64,000 nt of DNA from Vicugna vicugna (Eukaryota), in assembly GCA_013265495.1 (NCBI GenBank), contig MU058844.1, positions 13,910,184 to 13,974,183 on the forward strand. The letters run 5' to 3'. This document shows positions 52,593-64,000 of the stretch, piece after piece. A model generated the notes under the pieces. It saw only the letters and a program-made list of their open reading frames with translations, did not search any database and was not told the DNA's origin. The number at the start of each line of letters is the position of its first letter. Position 1 is the first letter of the stretch. Position numbers and translations under genes: made by a program.

Positions 52593-54809
52593 AAGGATGT
52601 GTAGATGAACTAATTGTTTAGGATGACAGACACTTCTGATTTTGAATTCTCAGTCTTAGTAGCTCTGGCAGTATTTGAATCGTTTATCTAAAAGTGAGTG
52701 AGCAGCGGGAGTAAGGGAACCGTTAAAAGCACATTTTTCACTTATGAAAACTGACAATGACAGGCTCAGCTAAAATAAGTCTCTTTGGACTCAAAGGAGA
52801 AGCTACTAGGTACAGTTGACCTGGTTTCTAAAAATTTGGGTTCAAATAAAAAACACTTTGATTATGTGCAATTCTATTTGTACTCTGGACTCCTAATCGT
52901 ATTTCTGTAATGTAACACAGCCACTTCAAGGCTCTTAGCAATTTCTTCCACATTAACCATCCTGTTTCTGGTACCAACTAGGTCTTTGTTAAATAAGAGG
53001 ATGATTTTTTTTTTTCATACAAATTATCTTAGGTAATTACTAGGCAGGAATGTTTTAACTTCATAGAGCATTCAGCAGTCGGTGCATTGTGAATGCTTCT
53101 TAAAATTAGAAGGAACACACGTCTAACAGTGGAAAGGATTCCCTGGTAATATTCCTCACGTTATCAGCTGACCTCTGTTTGGCAATGTCCAGGTTTAATC
53201 TCTTTTTTTTTTCCATTAAATAAATAATTTTATTATGTAATTCAAGTTTTAAAAATATCAGTTAAAAGGATTACATTGATATTACTGTTTATCAATAGGA
53301 GCAAGCATTCTAATTGACAGATACTATAAATGAAAAACCTCTAAATTATTAGTCCATTTTCACTGCTTAGGTTTTCATTTGTGAAATAGTGGACCCCTCT
53401 ATTTCAGTATCCCAATGACAGCTAACTTCTCTGTATACCCCATACAAAATTGATCTAATTAAAAAAAAACAACAACAACACTGCAGAAAGACAGTGAGTC
53501 ACAGCCTTTGTAAGAATATTTAATAATATAAATTTTATTTTCATGTTATTTTTACTTTACTTAAGAATTTTTATTTTCTGCTGCATCCTGATGTGACTTG
53601 TTTTTATTGTGGAAGGCTATGAACACAAACTAAAAATTCTATATTCTTGAAATATAAAAATTAGATTATTTTAATGGCTCTTTTGTGGAAATTATTCCTA
53701 AAGTCTACATCTTATAATTAAAATTCTAATGATAAATAAGAAATTGTTGAGTGAGTTCTATTATGATACAAAATGTATATATTAAATTTATTCTGTAACT
53801 GTAATTTCATTGGAAAGTTACCTTTCTCTTAGGCAAACATCTTTAGTTACAAATTATGCAAACCAATAGGAATCCACACTATTGAATTTGAAAGTGAAAA
53901 GCAAGGAAGAAATTCAGACTGGTTTACACACATTCATATTGTCTGAATATAAAAATGAATATATGCTTGAGGAAGAATGTTACCATTGCTCAGTATCAAT
54001 CCAGTGGAAATTGTAGAGCTTTAACGCTTCCCTGTGAAACTATGCAGCTTGCCATCAAGAAATATTTGTTTCTGCAAAGTCATTCTGTCTCTAGATTAAT
54101 GTCATTCATGTCTTATTGCCATTTATCAAAAGTAAAATGCCTTAGGCGTTTGACCAGTTAATTACTGAGTACTTACTATGTGTGAACAACCATAGTAAGT
54201 ACTGTAGAATATAAACTAAAATTAATTTGTAGGCTCTCTATTGTTTAACTGGAGGGACTAAAGTGCAAAAAAATTTGGACACATTTATACCTGAAATCAC
54301 TGTAATGCAATAAAAGAGAAAAGAACCTTGCACAAGCTAACACAATGTATTGGACCCAACTAATGATTAGTATTTGAGTCTTTTCACAAGTTCCTCCTCT
54401 CTTCACTCCTATTAAATGATGGCAGACTTGGTAGGTTCTCAATATCCTAAATAAACCCATCCATTACTGCTCCGTGTTCCCTAGAAATGGAGCATGAATG
54501 ATTCTATTTCTGTTATGACACTGGCATTGACAGATTAAATTTCACTTTCATTTTTTTTCCATCCTCAGATCACACTTACGATACCCAGACTACACACAGT
54601 AACCACAATTAACTCTAATTTGGGGAAGGGAAACTTGACATTCTCTAGGCTCTTCTCAGACATCTTCTTCAGGGCCATGGCTCTGCCAGTGTGACCCACT
54701 GCAGCAGCTACGGTTCCTGGTGCCTTCTGTCTCTTGTGTTTCAGGAGAAAGAGTCAGTGGTGGGGGGCTAAACAAAGCATAAAAAAAGGAAAACCGGCTC
54801 ACGGGTTTG

Positions 54810-55015
54810 GGAGGCAGCATTGGTGATTTGGAGCAAGGCAGGCTTGAGTTCAAATCCCAATAGCGTGACCTTTGGACCAATTTCGGGTGTCCATCTTCTC
54901 AATCTGCAGAGAAAGGATAACCTAAGTCACAGAGATACTGTTGGGATTAAATAAAATGGCCAGTGGAAAGGACCCCACATATAATACAGTAGCTGCTCCA
55001 CATTAATCCATTTCC
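54810..55015 (+). mobile_element. MIR SINE
   Basis: TTTGGAGCAAGGCAGGCTTGAGTTCAAATCCCA..CGTGACCTTTGG...CTTCTCAATCTGCAG...GTTGGGATTAAATAAAAT. Confidence 0.75.
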
Positions 55016-55515
55016 CTTCTTTTCTCCTTTCAGGCTCAATAAACGAGTATCCAGAGTGAGCCTGGCTCTGTATATTTAAGTGAGGACTTCAAAGTGTCTG
55101 TCGAAAAGATATGCTCTGCAGTCATTGGACCATGATCATTGATATTGTTATGCAGAATGGCCAGATGAGCTACAGAGCCCATTTCTGAGGTGATGCGTAA
55201 CAGCTTTGACTAGCGAGCAGGAACTCGGTGTAGACATGTGGCTCTTACATATCCATTTAAATGTCAGAGTATGGAGCAGGAAGTAGCAAGAGATATCTTT
55301 CCTCTTCTTCCCTTTTATACATAAGATTGAATATATTTATAAATAATCTCACTTGGTCTAAGTTATGTAATCTTGTGAGCTTAAAACATCTTTATTGCTT
55401 TAACCTTTCTTTTTCTTCTCCCCTTTCCTTAAAAAGTATTCTCACTAAAGTAATTTAAACGATTTGGGGATCTTAAGACATATTTCTGTAGATTATAATG
55501 AAGACTGATAACATC

Positions 55516-55840
55516 TATTAGTGTTAGACCCATTTGGCTGCAAGAGATTGACACTCACAATACTTTAAATAATGGAAAGTTATTTCAACCATCCGTGAGG
55601 AGGCAGGGGATTGAGGAAATGTGAGGGCGATAAAAGCGAGAGGGTCACATGGAGACTGAAGTTACGCCCAAAGCTGAGACCTTCTTTCTTTTCTTCTGCC
55701 TTTGACTCAGAAGTTACTTTTCCCAACACTGCTTCTCTTAGCCTTCTGCTACTGACTGCCTCACCCTCACTGGGTTTCTACACAGAAATTCTGCCAACTG
55801 CCCTTATCTGTTGCCTCACAACATCGGACAATTTGTTCCT
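55516..55840 (-). mobile_element. Old MaLR LTR fragment (MLT1J/K/L-like)
   Basis: TATTAGTGTTAGACCCATTTGGCTGCAAGAGA...ACTTTAAATAATGGAAAGTTATTT resembles an antisense MLT1 end. Confidence 0.45.
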
Positions 55841-57544
55841 CCTGCTCTCTCTCTCTCTTGCTCTTTCTCTCCGCAGCCTTTCACACTGCCACCTCTTTTA
55901 CTTTTGGAAGAGCAGAGACAAGCCTGCCTTCTTTCACTGCTTTTGCAAGAGATATTGCAATATTGCAGAGGTCCTCCTGCAAGGTCAGGGCAGAGGCCAC
56001 CATCAAGTTCAGGAAACAGCTACACTTGGGCCAGACCTGTAGCTTAGACAAGCGGATTGGGGCATTTTCTCTTAAAAGACTCCATGGTGGTAAACAGGCA
56101 CCACCAGTGGCATATTTCACACAGTTTGAGATTGTGGGGGATGTGCTTGTCTACTTACTAATCAGAATGATAGCTTCTCACTTGTTATGGTTCTTCTAAT
56201 CGCCACATATACCAAGAAAGCTTTTCTTGCCCCCTCATTCAAAGATTAAATTTTTCCTAGGTGCTGTCACAGTGCATATCAGGTGGCCTTGCAATCGCCT
56301 GGGTGTCTTCTCCTTTGGTGTATCAATTAATTTAGAACAGAGATTATGCTGTATTTATTATTAAACCTCCATTATATGTCTACAACATGGAAAGTAATAT
56401 ATATGTGTAGGTACATAATATTATTTTAAACAGTGAATGAGTTTTAGAGTTTGATTTGTCCATGTCCATGAAGTAGCTATGAGGAAACATGGTCAATTTG
56501 CTACGTCATTTCGTATGTTTAAAAGTCTCAACTCATCATCTGCCACAAAGGTTAAGAAACCATATTAGTTAAACATTATTCCTGGGACACACCCTAGTCC
56601 TTTATAATCTACACTAAGTGACTTTAATATAAACAGCTAACTTTTAAGTGATTATTTAAAGGTAATCAATTTTCCCCAACCCTCTCCTGTACACTTTTAC
56701 ATGTTCGGAACATTTTCGCTATTATTTAAAAATGTGTGGAGTTTTTTGTTATCAGCTGGTTCTGTCATTTCTCCTAGCCAAATGTTTGACGGGAAAAAAC
56801 TTTCCTCAAGTTGGCATATTTTTCCCCAGTTCAAAAATGTTCCAGTGACATTCTAGGCTCATTTTATTTTTACCAGTCAAAAAATTGTCCTTTTCACTGA
56901 GCAAGTTTCATCGCCTTGGAAGATTAACAGGGGCTGTCAAGAATAAGAAAACATGCCAGACATTTTGTACTTCTTCTGTCAATGGGTCATTCATTTATTC
57001 AGTCATTCACAAGGTTAGTTCTTTCTTTTAGAAGCAGTGGAGTCCTAGTTTACATTCCTCATCTATTTAAATGAACTAATTACTGAGAGAACAGCCAGAA
57101 AATAGAAAACTCAGCCTGGTGGTGTGATAGCAAATGTGGAAGCAAAACATGACAGTTGTCCTTTCCTTAAAACTGTCGAGGGATCTTGATACAAATACCC
57201 ACGATGCACTGGAGCTATTTGTGAAAAACAGACATTTCTCCTGCTGCTGAAGGCAGATTATTTGTTGCTTTGCTCTACTCGGGTGTTGCCATTCGTGGGA
57301 GCTCTCTGCTGTGGCTGTGATCTCCACCTGATTAGAATATTCATGAAGGGAAGCTCTGCTATTCAAAGTGCAGAAAATAAAGAAATAAGATCTGCCAGAA
57401 AACATAAATAACACTTTTATTTCTGTCTAAATTCTTAAGAATAATACATTTCCCTGTTGGAAATGTTGGGAAATAATATCTTACTGACGTTACGCTAAGT
57501 GTTCTTGTCACGCTGATGATCACGTCCCAGGTGCAGAGAGCTCG

Positions 57545-57563
57545 TGCCCCCCAGAGGGCAGGC
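57545..57563 (+). promoter_or_regulatory. Candidate CTCF site
   Basis: TGCCCCCCAGAGGGCAGGC versus core consensus CCRSYAGRKGGCRS; one mismatch in the core. Confidence 0.4.
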
Positions 57564-58217
57564 CCTGAATTCTAATTCTTCCACTGAAGCGTAGCCAGGC
57601 TCTGACATCCCTGAGCCTGGATGGTTTGAGGGCAGGAAGAGGTGGCTGAGCGCATAGAAGGAACCCCAGACTTCACCTCATCTTAGCTTGCCCACTCCTT
57701 CCTCTGTTGTCTTTCCATCATCGTATTAATATTTAGTGCATCAGCAGATACTTTAAAAATACTCAAGAAGCACCTGTTAAAAGAATGTTCTCAGAAGGGG
57801 AGGCTGATTCCTCTGTTTCTCTCTTAGTTTTGCCGTACTTTTCCCATTAAATTCTCAGGAACTATGACCAGCAGTTTTTATGAAAATCCAATATCCTACA
57901 GTCTGTTTCTTAGGCATAATAACGACATGCTGAAAATGAATGTGTTGTTTCCTTATAACAAGTGTAATCCTGCCCTGTGCTCTGAGTCATATTTCCAGTA
58001 GGTGCAGAACTCAAGGTAGAGATTCCTTGGAAAGTCAAGTTTTCCAAAAGTGGTAGTAAATATATTAATACAAAGTTTAATGAACAATCATGTAAGAATA
58101 ACGTCTTTCATAAACTCGCTGTGTGCTGGTAAATACTGTTCTAAGCACTTTATAAGCAATAACTCATTTTTAGATGAAGCAGATAAGGTCCAGGGCAGTT
58201 TAATAACGTGTGTAAGT

Positions 58218-58390
58218 TGGGACAAGAGGAAGGTGAGTCAGGTGAGGCACTTGACTCTCGTGCAAAACTGAAGGATGCCTACAAACCCAATAGTCAAGAT
58301 TAATAATACTTAAAGCAATGCATTAAAATCACAATCAAATAAGTCCATGATAAGCAAAATATCCAAATTTTAAATAAAGACAGGTTGCTG
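58218..58390 (+). mobile_element. MER91-like hAT-Tip100 element inserted within a MIR
   Basis: GTGAGGCACTTGACTCTCGTGCAAAA...TCAAGATTAATAATA...TCCATGATAAGCAAAATATCCAAATTTTAAATAAAGACAGG; antisense MIR pieces at ~58095-58215 and ~58755-58835. Confidence 0.7.
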
Positions 58391-58754
58391 TTTGTCTTAT
58401 GACCCACTGTCACTGTGCAACTGGGACAGCTGTTTCCAATCAATTCCTTGCTTCTGCGCATGTGCAGTTGTTGTGTCCCCTGGCTGGGCCCATTTACGAG
58501 AGTTGACAGCTGTGTGCGAGTAGAACTGGCAATTCAGAGAAGTATCTCTCCCTATTTTTCTATCCACCCATCTATCCATACGCACACACACACACGCACG
58601 TATACAGACTCCAATATACAGTATACATATATAAAACCTGTGTGTGATAACTGTATCCACTTGGTTCAAAGTACCAAGAATAGTTAGATAAATGTATATA
58701 GAGACAGGCATTTTTCTTTTTTTCTGACGCCAGCATGGCTTGGCAGGGCACTCT

Positions 58755-58835
58755 ACCCAAGACTGTACAGCCAGTGATTGGCAGAACCGAGATTTGAACC
58801 CAGGTGGTCTGGCATCAGAGTGTTCATTCTAATCT
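58755..58835 (-). mobile_element. MIR fragment (continuation of the MIR at ~58095-58215)
   Basis: CCCAAGACTGTACAGCCAGTGATTGGCAGAACCGAGATTTGAACCCAGGTGGTCTGGCATCAGAG. Confidence 0.8.
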
Positions 58836-61800
58836 ACAGACTGTCTCTCTACTGATGAGAAATGTGCAGAGTTTGCATAAAAGCACAGATTTTACTCCAG
58901 TGTCTCTTAATCTCCAACTTAAGAGACCGAGGAATGGGCTGATGTTTACAGACGTACCGATTATTCAAAACGTCTTTGCTGATGCCTGTCACTTGGACAG
59001 CCCTTGCTGACATGTGGCAGCCAGTGTAGCTTCCCTTCTCTCCTTGGGCTAGTTTATCTCCCAAGATTCAATCTCACTAATTAAAAAAAGTTTGCTTGGA
59101 GAAAAGGAAATATGTAATTTTTAAATATTAAAAGTGCAACAATCATCTGAACTTTTGTTTAATATTTAACTCATGAAATTAATGATAGTCAACCTGAAAT
59201 AAGGTAGTGATCATATTACTGTATCTACTGCAATTTCTCAAAGAAACAGACCTCTGTGTAATATATGAGATATACTGGTTGGCACTCCTTTTAATAAATG
59301 TCTCAAACAAAATAAATACTGGATAAAATACATATTAGCAATGTGTGGGTGTCCCACGCAATTATTAATTTACATTGATGTGACCATGCAGAGCCTCATC
59401 TAAGAGTAGTAGGAAAATGTATTTCTTCTAAAATCGTTACACAATTTGGAGTTATTTCTATTCATGGCAGTGTTTCCTTTCCCTCTTTTTTCTTTAGTTA
59501 GTGGAGGTGTACTGTAGTGATGTTTTCAGTAGTTCACAGGTATGTTCCATTGTTAGCATAACTTGAAAATTATTGATTCAGCTGAACAAGTTCATACAAG
59601 TGAGGACTTATTTTTTCTTTTCTAATTTTCATTGTGTTTTTCAATAAGTCCTTACCAGGAACTTTGCATTTGTACAAAATTGAAAACATATTAACATAAG
59701 TGAAATATTTGATTTTCATTTTCTGTTGATTGAACACTTCATAGTATATGTACTCCCCAAATTTTGTGTTGAATTGTGGGATTCTGGGACTTTCTTTTTT
59801 CTTTTGGCATCTTATTTAAGCTAAGAACACTTTTAAGTTAATTTAGGGGTGATGGGGCAGAGATGGATTTCTCTAACTCTTAGGCAATTCTCTTTACTGG
59901 TATGGAAAGTGACTGGTATGAAGCGTTGAGAGCCAGGCGTCATTACTATGAAACAGTCCTGGTGTGTGAATTTGGGTTGGACTTTAACTTACTGTCATTC
60001 TCATCTGCAAAGTACCTATTGTCGCATTCAGTAGGAGCTTCAGGGAAGTGGTGTCTCCCTCCATTTAATTAGTTGAAAGCTACACTTGCATTTTTGTCGA
60101 TAATAACTTTATATACTAACCAAAACACGTGACAACATCACACCTTCTTTTTCTGGATCGGAAGAAAACTTCCCCTGTCTCTTTAACTAGGTTGTTTTTA
60201 AGTTCAAATAAATAATTTGTGAGAAGAACCAGTGTTCGGAATTAACAAACCTTATTTATGCAAGGGGCAAACTGGCTGCTTTTTTTCAAATGGCTGTTTG
60301 CAAATAACTTTTCCTGATAAATCTTCTTTCCTTGGTTCTGGTTGTAGCAGTCTGTTACGTTTGTGCAGAACTGGAGCAATTACTCTAGAATATTCAGTCT
60401 TTCCCTTTCTTCTCACTTTTCCACATTTACATGCATTGCTTCACTCTCTGGCAAAGTACCAGGCTATTTTCAGACTTTTCAGTCTCCTTTGTTGCATTCC
60501 TCCTTCTCCTTTGCTGTGAACAGAATGAAAATTTTCCAAAATAAGCTTATGAACTGAGGTTTTTCCAAGTGCTGTGTAATCAGCTGACTTATTTCAGATG
60601 CAGTCTTTGCTTTTTTCTTCTCCACGTTTCCTGCACTAACATGTGGATTTATTTCCAGACAGAGATATCTGTGCACAATGCCCAAGCAGTTATTTTCATT
60701 TCCTGACATACAGAAGGCACATATTTATGGATGTTAGTTACTTCCTTTTGCAACTTCTCTTGTGCTATGCTTCCTTTAGGCTTGGCTGCTTGTTATTTTT
60801 CTGAATGTGGTCTGTGATTCTTTCACACCTCTGTGATTTTATTTGTACCAGTTCCTTCTCCAAAACAGGAGATTCTTCCGACATGCCTACCGCAATGTCC
60901 ATTCATCAGTTCCCGATCCATTCTTTACCAGTACGTTCAGTTGCCTCCGAAGTGTTTACCATGAGACTCATCCTTTGCTTTTTATGGGCTCTGGCATGTT
61001 GTTGGCATTCTCTGTATTCAGTAGTGCATAACTATTCTCTCTCCACCTGGCCTCTCTCTTTACAAGATATCACCTAAGGAAAGCTAAGCATGTCATCTTT
61101 GTAGCCCTTAGCGTATGTGATACAGCTTTCATTTCATGATACAACTTATCCATATCACATATAAAATATGAAGATCATATGAACTGTTAACCAAATGTCA
61201 AAGAAGACTGCATCTTCAGGCGTTGTAATTCAGAGGGTCAGTGAAGACAATTTCTTCCGAACCTTGGGTCTTGACACCTGGTTGCCTTCGTGCAGCCCAC
61301 ATCTAATAGGAGGCTCTGAAAATTGAAGAGGGACTCTTCCGTTTACAACCATGTTTCTAACAGTTCTTTCTGAGAAGCACATATTTTCTATTTTCTAGAA
61401 ACACAATTGTGTTTGCCAGACTTTCACAAACTGTTATTGAAAATGTCGTTGAATAAACACAAAGATTTCTGAGGGCTAAAGTACAGAATATATATATCAC
61501 CTGTTCTTGCTCTATGTATAAATTTAGTTTCTATTTTTAAAATATTCGCTTTATATCTGGGCCTCTTCTTGCAAATGGAATACTAATATTGTGAATAAGC
61601 CACTTTGAATGCTTAACAGTGAGAAAAAAATGTCTCTGGAAAAAAAAATGTCTCACCTACTTGCATTCCACTGAGTGGTAAAATTTCACCAAAATTGCTT
61701 AGAAAGAAGATTTTCAGCAAAATAATTAAAGAGGAGTTTTAGATAGTTACAGTGGGTCAAGCTTGAGAATTGAACTGCACTGCTTCAAAGGAATCTATTT

Positions 61801-64000
61801 AAACTGAGCAAAACTTTACGAAGAATACAATTAACTCGTCAAACAAATGTTACTGGTGGAATGGCCAATGAATATAGCTGAATAGGCACAACTTAAGAGA
61901 AAAATTAAAATTTAAAAAATTACAATAGAAAGTGTGTGCACCTGTTGATGAAAAGCTAGACATACAGGATGTCTTTAAGTTGAGTCCACCCGTATGAAAA
62001 TTACGTATCTGGAATTTAAACAGTGTATAATCTTTGGAATACAAGAGGGACCACTAGATTTTTCAACTCAAATGGACAGTGATGAGTTCATTTCTTCAAC
62101 TAAGTGTCAGGCACTGTTCTAGGCACAGGAGATACAGCTGTGAATATTTATCTCTTTAACGTCATAAATCTCTAATGATTCTTGCATATGTGGTCTGTTG
62201 ATGTTATTGGGAGTTGGGTGTTCCGCCGTGAAGAGAGATAAATTCATGGCACTGCAAGGAAATGAAATATGAGACACATCTGAGAAGAAAAAAAAAGGTT
62301 TGAATTTTCAACAAACAATGTGGCATTGAGGAAACTTTCCATAAACAGTACAATGTTTCTGGACAAGAATAATTAGGTTGTGATTAAAAGTTTTCGTTTT
62401 TACTTATCTTTATTCCCAAGAGTCATGAAATCTCTTTATGCTCAAATACCCAAGTAATAGATCATTAACTGTAACCATCCATGTTTGTTCCTTTTCACTG
62501 CAGTTCTATTTTAAGCATGACAGAGAATCAAGAGGCACAGTACCAAAGGGTAAAAAAATTAGTGCAGATGAACGATTTTAGGACAGCATGAGAAACTACT
62601 TTGCATCATAAAGGTTTCTGCAAAATATTTAGAGATAGAGATAGACGGGGGAAACACGTCACCATTTTCTCCTAAAGAAATATAACATTTATCACCTTTA
62701 CATTATGTGAGGGATGTGATTTTAATGAGAAAGAACTCTTTACAAGGTGGAAAGAATATTTACTTAAGTTATTGAATTTATTTGAGCTTGTATAAACATC
62801 AGGAAACATGGCAACCCGGCTCTTAATTTTTGTCAATTGATAGGAATCTGGTAAAAAATAATGCTGAAGGTGTCTCTAGTGAACATGGCTTACAGACCAT
62901 CTAAATAGCATTTTAGGCATTTCAGCATCTTCAGATGCATCCATTTGGCACAGCTCCCCTCTGCATAAGGGGTTCGTATTTAGCCCCAGACCAGCAAGTG
63001 TAGAACCTAGATTAGACTTTACACAGCCAGAGGCTGTCTGTATATGCTGTAGAAAGGTGAATAATGGGGTAGAGGATGAGCTCTGAATCAATATCAATAG
63101 ACTACCAGGAAAAAAGAAATCTTCAGGGTGTTTTCTCCTTGGCTGGAAGGGGAAATCTGACTGTTCTGAAGATCTGTGGCTTGTTAATGGCGGTAACTTC
63201 TTATTCTGCTCCTTTTTGTTCTCACACTTAGTAAAGCACTCTCTAGTTCCTGAGCATGCGAATACATCTTGTTGACCAATTAATAATTAGAGAAAGGAAA
63301 AGCATAAAGTCAGAAAGCATGAATTTTTTTTGCTGTAGATCTAGAATGTTAAAAGCTGAAATAGACATGAGGCTGAGAGAGACATTATGGGTATTATCAG
63401 TAAAATCAGCCTGAATTTAAAACATTTTCATCATTCAGTAGTCTGAGGGCCAGAGTCTCACAACATTCATCCTAAATACTTACAAAAGCAATGCTTCGTT
63501 GCGTAATGTACCCATGTTCACTTGGAACTGAACACGTGCACAGTAGACAAATGGCTTAGCTATCCCAGTCTCTACCAGCGGTACCAGTAATATGGCTGGG
63601 GAGGCTGTGATAGTTATCTTTTAAGACAACAATTTCAGATAACTTGGGAATATATTTTAAGTTTCCATACATTTTTTTCTTACTAACCTGATGTTACATT
63701 AAAATGTCTAAATTAATCAGACATTTTTGTTTTAAAACCGTACAGCTCTGTGAGAATTCTTTATTCATCTATTCAGTATAGATAAACAGATATGTAATGC
63801 TAGGAAAAATACTTTTTGAGAATATACTCAGAATTTTTTAAAAAAGAATACTTTAATACCTTATTGTGAACATAGTACTCTTCACTAAGAATTTAACTAA
63901 AGACTTTTTATACAAAGTTTTCTGTATTTTAATACAGCCTTTAACTTTTTCTTTCAAATACATAAACCAGCCAGCAGTAAGCTTAAACATTAGTCTAAGA

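Noticed and set aside
55611..56199. Overlapping ORFs up to 143 aa
   Set aside because: Non-ATG starts, partial overlap with a probable MLT1 relic and a CT repeat, no recognisable protein similarity and no splice support.

Overview
AT-rich mammalian genomic DNA, not prokaryotic. The L1 3' tails and the lack of recognisable young tRNA/7SL SINEs suggest a cetartiodactyl, probably a camelid (inference). The first ~9.6 kb holds the 3' end of KCNC2 (Kv3.2 voltage-gated K+ channel) on the + strand: a 165-nt internal coding exon (1387-1551), then three recognisable alternative C-terminal coding segments (6406-6542, 7273-7334, 8438-8547) and the 3' UTR with poly(A) signals. The remaining ~54 kb looks intergenic, with old L1, L2, MIR, MaLR/ERV LTR and hAT DNA-transposon relics, short younger L1 tails and microsatellites. 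I found no evidence of a new biological system. The best leads concern Kv3.2 C-terminal diversity: a frame-disrupted segment resembling a rodent terminal exon (~5243-5360), an unexplained CpG-rich exon-like island (7008-7126), an overlapping alternative-frame ORF from an upstream acceptor (1294-1506), and clustered RBFOX/NOVA motifs. There is also an old local duplication that preserves the empty site of an L1 insertion. Isoform sequences and repeat family names are recalled from memory, not searched, and repeat boundaries are approximate.
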